From an uncultured Verrucomicrobiae bacterium (GTDB lineage: Bacteria > Verrucomicrobiota > Verrucomicrobiia > Limisphaerales > JAFGQR01), in contig CAWBHS010000017.1 in NCBI GenBank assembly GCA_963788655.1, forward strand, positions 1 to 64,000: a stretch of DNA of 64,000 nucleotides, given 5' to 3'. Within the stretch, counting starts at the first letter, position 1. Every line of letters starts with the position of its first letter. The notes beneath the pieces are model-generated. The model was given only the letters and a program-made list of their open reading frames with translations. It had not been told where the DNA came from and made no database searches. Of the stretch, positions 61,401 to 64,000 are shown piece after piece. Both the position numbers and the translations under genes were made by a program.

Positions 61401-62973
61401 CTACGGGCGCGCATGCGGTTCGGCCAGGTACGGAAAGTCCGCCAGAAAGTCTTTGTCGTTCTTGAGGGGATTGGGAGGCGTTTTGGGGACAATCGGGGCG
61501 TGCGCCCATAAGGACGGATCACTGAGCAGTTCGACGTGGTATTTGTGGCCGTTGAACTCAGCGTCCATGTCGAGGAACAACGCCAGGAACCGCGTGGCGA
61601 CCTGGTCTTCGAGACGACGTCCAAAGGGCCACGTGCCGGTGGTGTCCATGTCAATGGCGCAGACGTTGGGTATGAAAACCTCGAACGGTCGCCGCAGCGG
61701 AATGTCCAGACCCTTCGGATTCCACGAGTCATCGGGCATGCGCAGTTGCTGGAAGATCATCTTTTTGACCCGCGGAAACGCCGTCGCGACCAGCGAGTAA
61801 GTCTTGTGGACCGACACCGGTGAATTGTCGTGGTCGAACGAACTTTGCAGGCCGAGGGCGGTGATGGACGGGCCAAAGCCCCAGCCGAGGTGGGCCAGCC
61901 GCTTGATGAAGTGGGGAGCAAGCCAGAAATTATTGGCGCCGAGCTGGCGACTGTCCTCCCGTTCGCTCAGCGCTGCATCGGCAAACGGTTGGCCATCCGT
62001 ATCGACCAGCTTGTATTTCTTGAGTTCTTCATCGAGCGTAATGGCGTCAATGAGCGACCAAGGGTGCTCGATCCAAAAGGGATCGTCCGGAATGGTTTCA
62101 ATTTTATCGGCCGCCTTGAGCACCCAGCTCTCGCCCCAGACGTTGACGATCCGGTTCTCCGCCGGGGACCGGGTCATGACCGCCAGCGGGATCTCGAGGA
62201 TAATGGCGTTCACGTTTTTTCCGGCCTGCGCGTCCTCGCCACTATAAACAAAACGGTAATTCCCGTTTTCGTCTTTCTTGAAGCGGTCGCCTTTCCAAGT
62301 CCAGGGACCGGGCGGCAGATCCTTCTTTACCCCCCGGCCCAGCAGCGGGTTTTGCGGATCAAAATTGAAAAGATCGTTGCCTTCCAATTCGAGCAGGGTT
62401 TTGGGAATGGGCAGTTCCCGCGCCTCGGTCATGGTGTGCGGGACATGGTAAAACTGGGGCGCATAATTGATGGAGCGGAAGAACCCCGGCAGGTCGTTGA
62501 AGAACGCATCATCCCGGCCGCCCACAAACGCCCGAATCGTCTGGCCATCGGGGGTTTTGATTTCCTGCACCTTGTCGGTTTCCAGCGTGGCGGCAAAGTT
62601 GCCGGCCGGGAAGTTGAGGAACCGGAGCGTGACGCGCTGGGCGGCATCAACGGTAACCCGGACCTCCAACGTCTTAAGCTGGCCGAGGTATTTGTTTTTG
62701 ACCGCCTCCAAATACCGGCAGCAGGGCCGGCAGGTTGAAATCTTCTTTCGGCCACGCCACTCGCTGGTGGGCCGCGATTTGAATCCGGTACAGCATGTCG
62801 GTATCCAGCTCGCCCGCCGCCGGCACCGAGGCGAAGGTCAGGGCGATGACGGCTTTCTCGCCCCCTTGGACATCAGCACTGGGAAAGCCAAACAAATCGT
62901 AGAGGTCGGCGGCGCTATGATCGATGTCAGAGAAGATGGAATTTACCGCGTTGGGGTCATTATGGTCGGCCAT
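61401..62973 (-). CDS. DUF4331-like protein; frameshift near 62715
   Basis: MADHNDP..ADLYDLFGF, FVGGRDDAFFNDL, NVNAIILEIP, GRRLEDQV, NDKDFLADFPYLAEP. Confidence 0.8.
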
Positions 62974-63123
62974 GGAATCCTTTCAAATGTGGCTCCTTAC
63001 GGGGCTGGATAAGTTAGCAGCCAAGTCATGTCACGCATCACGTGTTTGCATTGCCAGGATTATCTCTGGTTAACGACCGAATGTCAAGCGGCCCGGTTCG
63101 GTCAGCCGGTGGATGAGGCATCT

Positions 63124-63831
63124 TTAATCGGTTGATTGCGGAGTGGGAGAATCAACGAGATGACATCGGCTCCTTCGGATGATGGCCACCGCCGCCAACA
63201 TGGCGCCCAGATGCGCTACGTGCGGCAAATCGGGGTTGCTGGGAATGATGACCAGCAGGACCGCGACTCCCAGCATGAGCCACATCCAATACTTTGCGTT
63301 CACCGGGACAATGCGCCCCAGGCGTCCGCTTCGCTCGGAGCGGATGAGGCCAAAGGCCATCAGAATCGCGCTAGGACCGATCGAGGCCCCATCGACCGGA
63401 CCCCCGTAGCGGTAGCGGATGAAACTGGCGACCGACTCGATGGACTCGGGCAGCAGAATGCCCATCAAGGCCACCCCACCTTGCAACAGGGCCCCGGCCA
63501 GCGAGGTGCCGAGGCAAAACCACAGGAAACGCCGGGAACCAAGTTGGGCCTCGACCGCCCGGCCGAGAAACCAAAGACAAGCCAAGTTGACCAACAGGTG
63601 AATCGGGCCGCAGTTCAGAAGCTGGCAGGTGAACAATTCCCAAAGATGCCCCGACTTCATGCCATACCAGCTTAAGGCGAGGTAGGCATCATACGGTTTT
63701 CCCAGGTGAACGATCACCACTTGCTGCGCGGTGAAACACAGCACCAAGATGAGTATCCAGAGGGTGGAAAGGCACCAAAAAGGCAGGCGGGCGCGAGCAT
63801 CCGTTGGGGGCGCGACGAGCATGCCGGGCAA
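63124..63831 (-). CDS. Rhomboid family intramembrane serine protease
   Basis: LWELFT, HLLVN...LG..VE, GAS, HVAHLGAM. Confidence 0.8.
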   Translation of the reverse strand: MPGMLVAPPTDARARLPFWCLSTLWILILVLCFTAQQVVIVHLGKPYDAYLALSWYGMKSGHLWELFTCQLLNCGPIHLLVNLACLWFLGRAVEAQLGSRRFLWFCLGTSLAGALLQGGVALMGILLPESIESVASFIRYRYGGPVDGASIGPSAILMAFGLIRSERSGRLGRIVPVNAKYWMWLMLGVAVLLVIIPSNPDLPHVAHLGAMLAAVAIIRRSRCHLVDSPTPQSTD

Positions 63832-63834
63832 GCC

Positions 63835-64000
63835 CTACGGATTGGTCCGCTTGGTGCGGACCACCACCAGCGCGTTGGCCGAGGGACGTTCCTTGCCGCG
63901 TTGCGACGGACTGTTGACAATGCGGCCGGCCAGCCAGGTGGCGCACGAGCCGCCGCCGTCCAGGTTGAGGGCGTAATCGCAGCCCAGTTCGACGCAGTAA
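63835..64000 (-). CDS. C-terminus of phosphodiester glycosidase (NAGPA/DUF2233) family protein, partial
   Basis: Manual translation: LGCDYALNLDGGGS...IVNSPS...ERPSANAL. Confidence 0.85.
   Translation of the reverse strand, partial: YCVELGCDYALNLDGGGSCATWLAGRIVNSPSQRGKERPSANALVVVRTKRTNP

Overview
GC-rich bacterial chromosome segment, probably Verrucomicrobiota (inferred from gene content, C-terminal FFRL-type motif and REP types). Many single-base frameshifts, including in essential accB/accC, point to uncorrected long-read indels, so most split ORFs are treated as single genes. Ordinary content includes an M16 protease, two PQQ-propeller proteins, a cytochrome c/Rieske/cytochrome b/nonaheme cytochrome operon, GH116/GH95/GH2/GHL6 glycosidases, a Phd-VapC toxin-antitoxin pair, eboE/eboC, holB, accBC, thiE, PfkB, a DUF819/dipeptide epimerase/serine hydrolase cluster, DUF4331+TPR and many REP-like palindromes. 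The highlight is 37.0-41.5 kb, an integron cassette array with its top strand on minus and no integrase in the window. It has a candidate Pc promoter, an attI-like site and six well-formed attC sites. Inside it are (i) an 817-nt ORF-less group II intron inserted in the attC core site, whose EBS1 loop (CUAACG) is complementary to the attC core cGTTRG, and (ii) three consecutive reverse-oriented cassettes, one encoding an MT-A70 methyltransferase. The ORFs of these three start inside their own attC, cross every recombination junction in the same frame and stop inside the neighbouring attC, forming a translationally coupled antisense operon built from attC sites.
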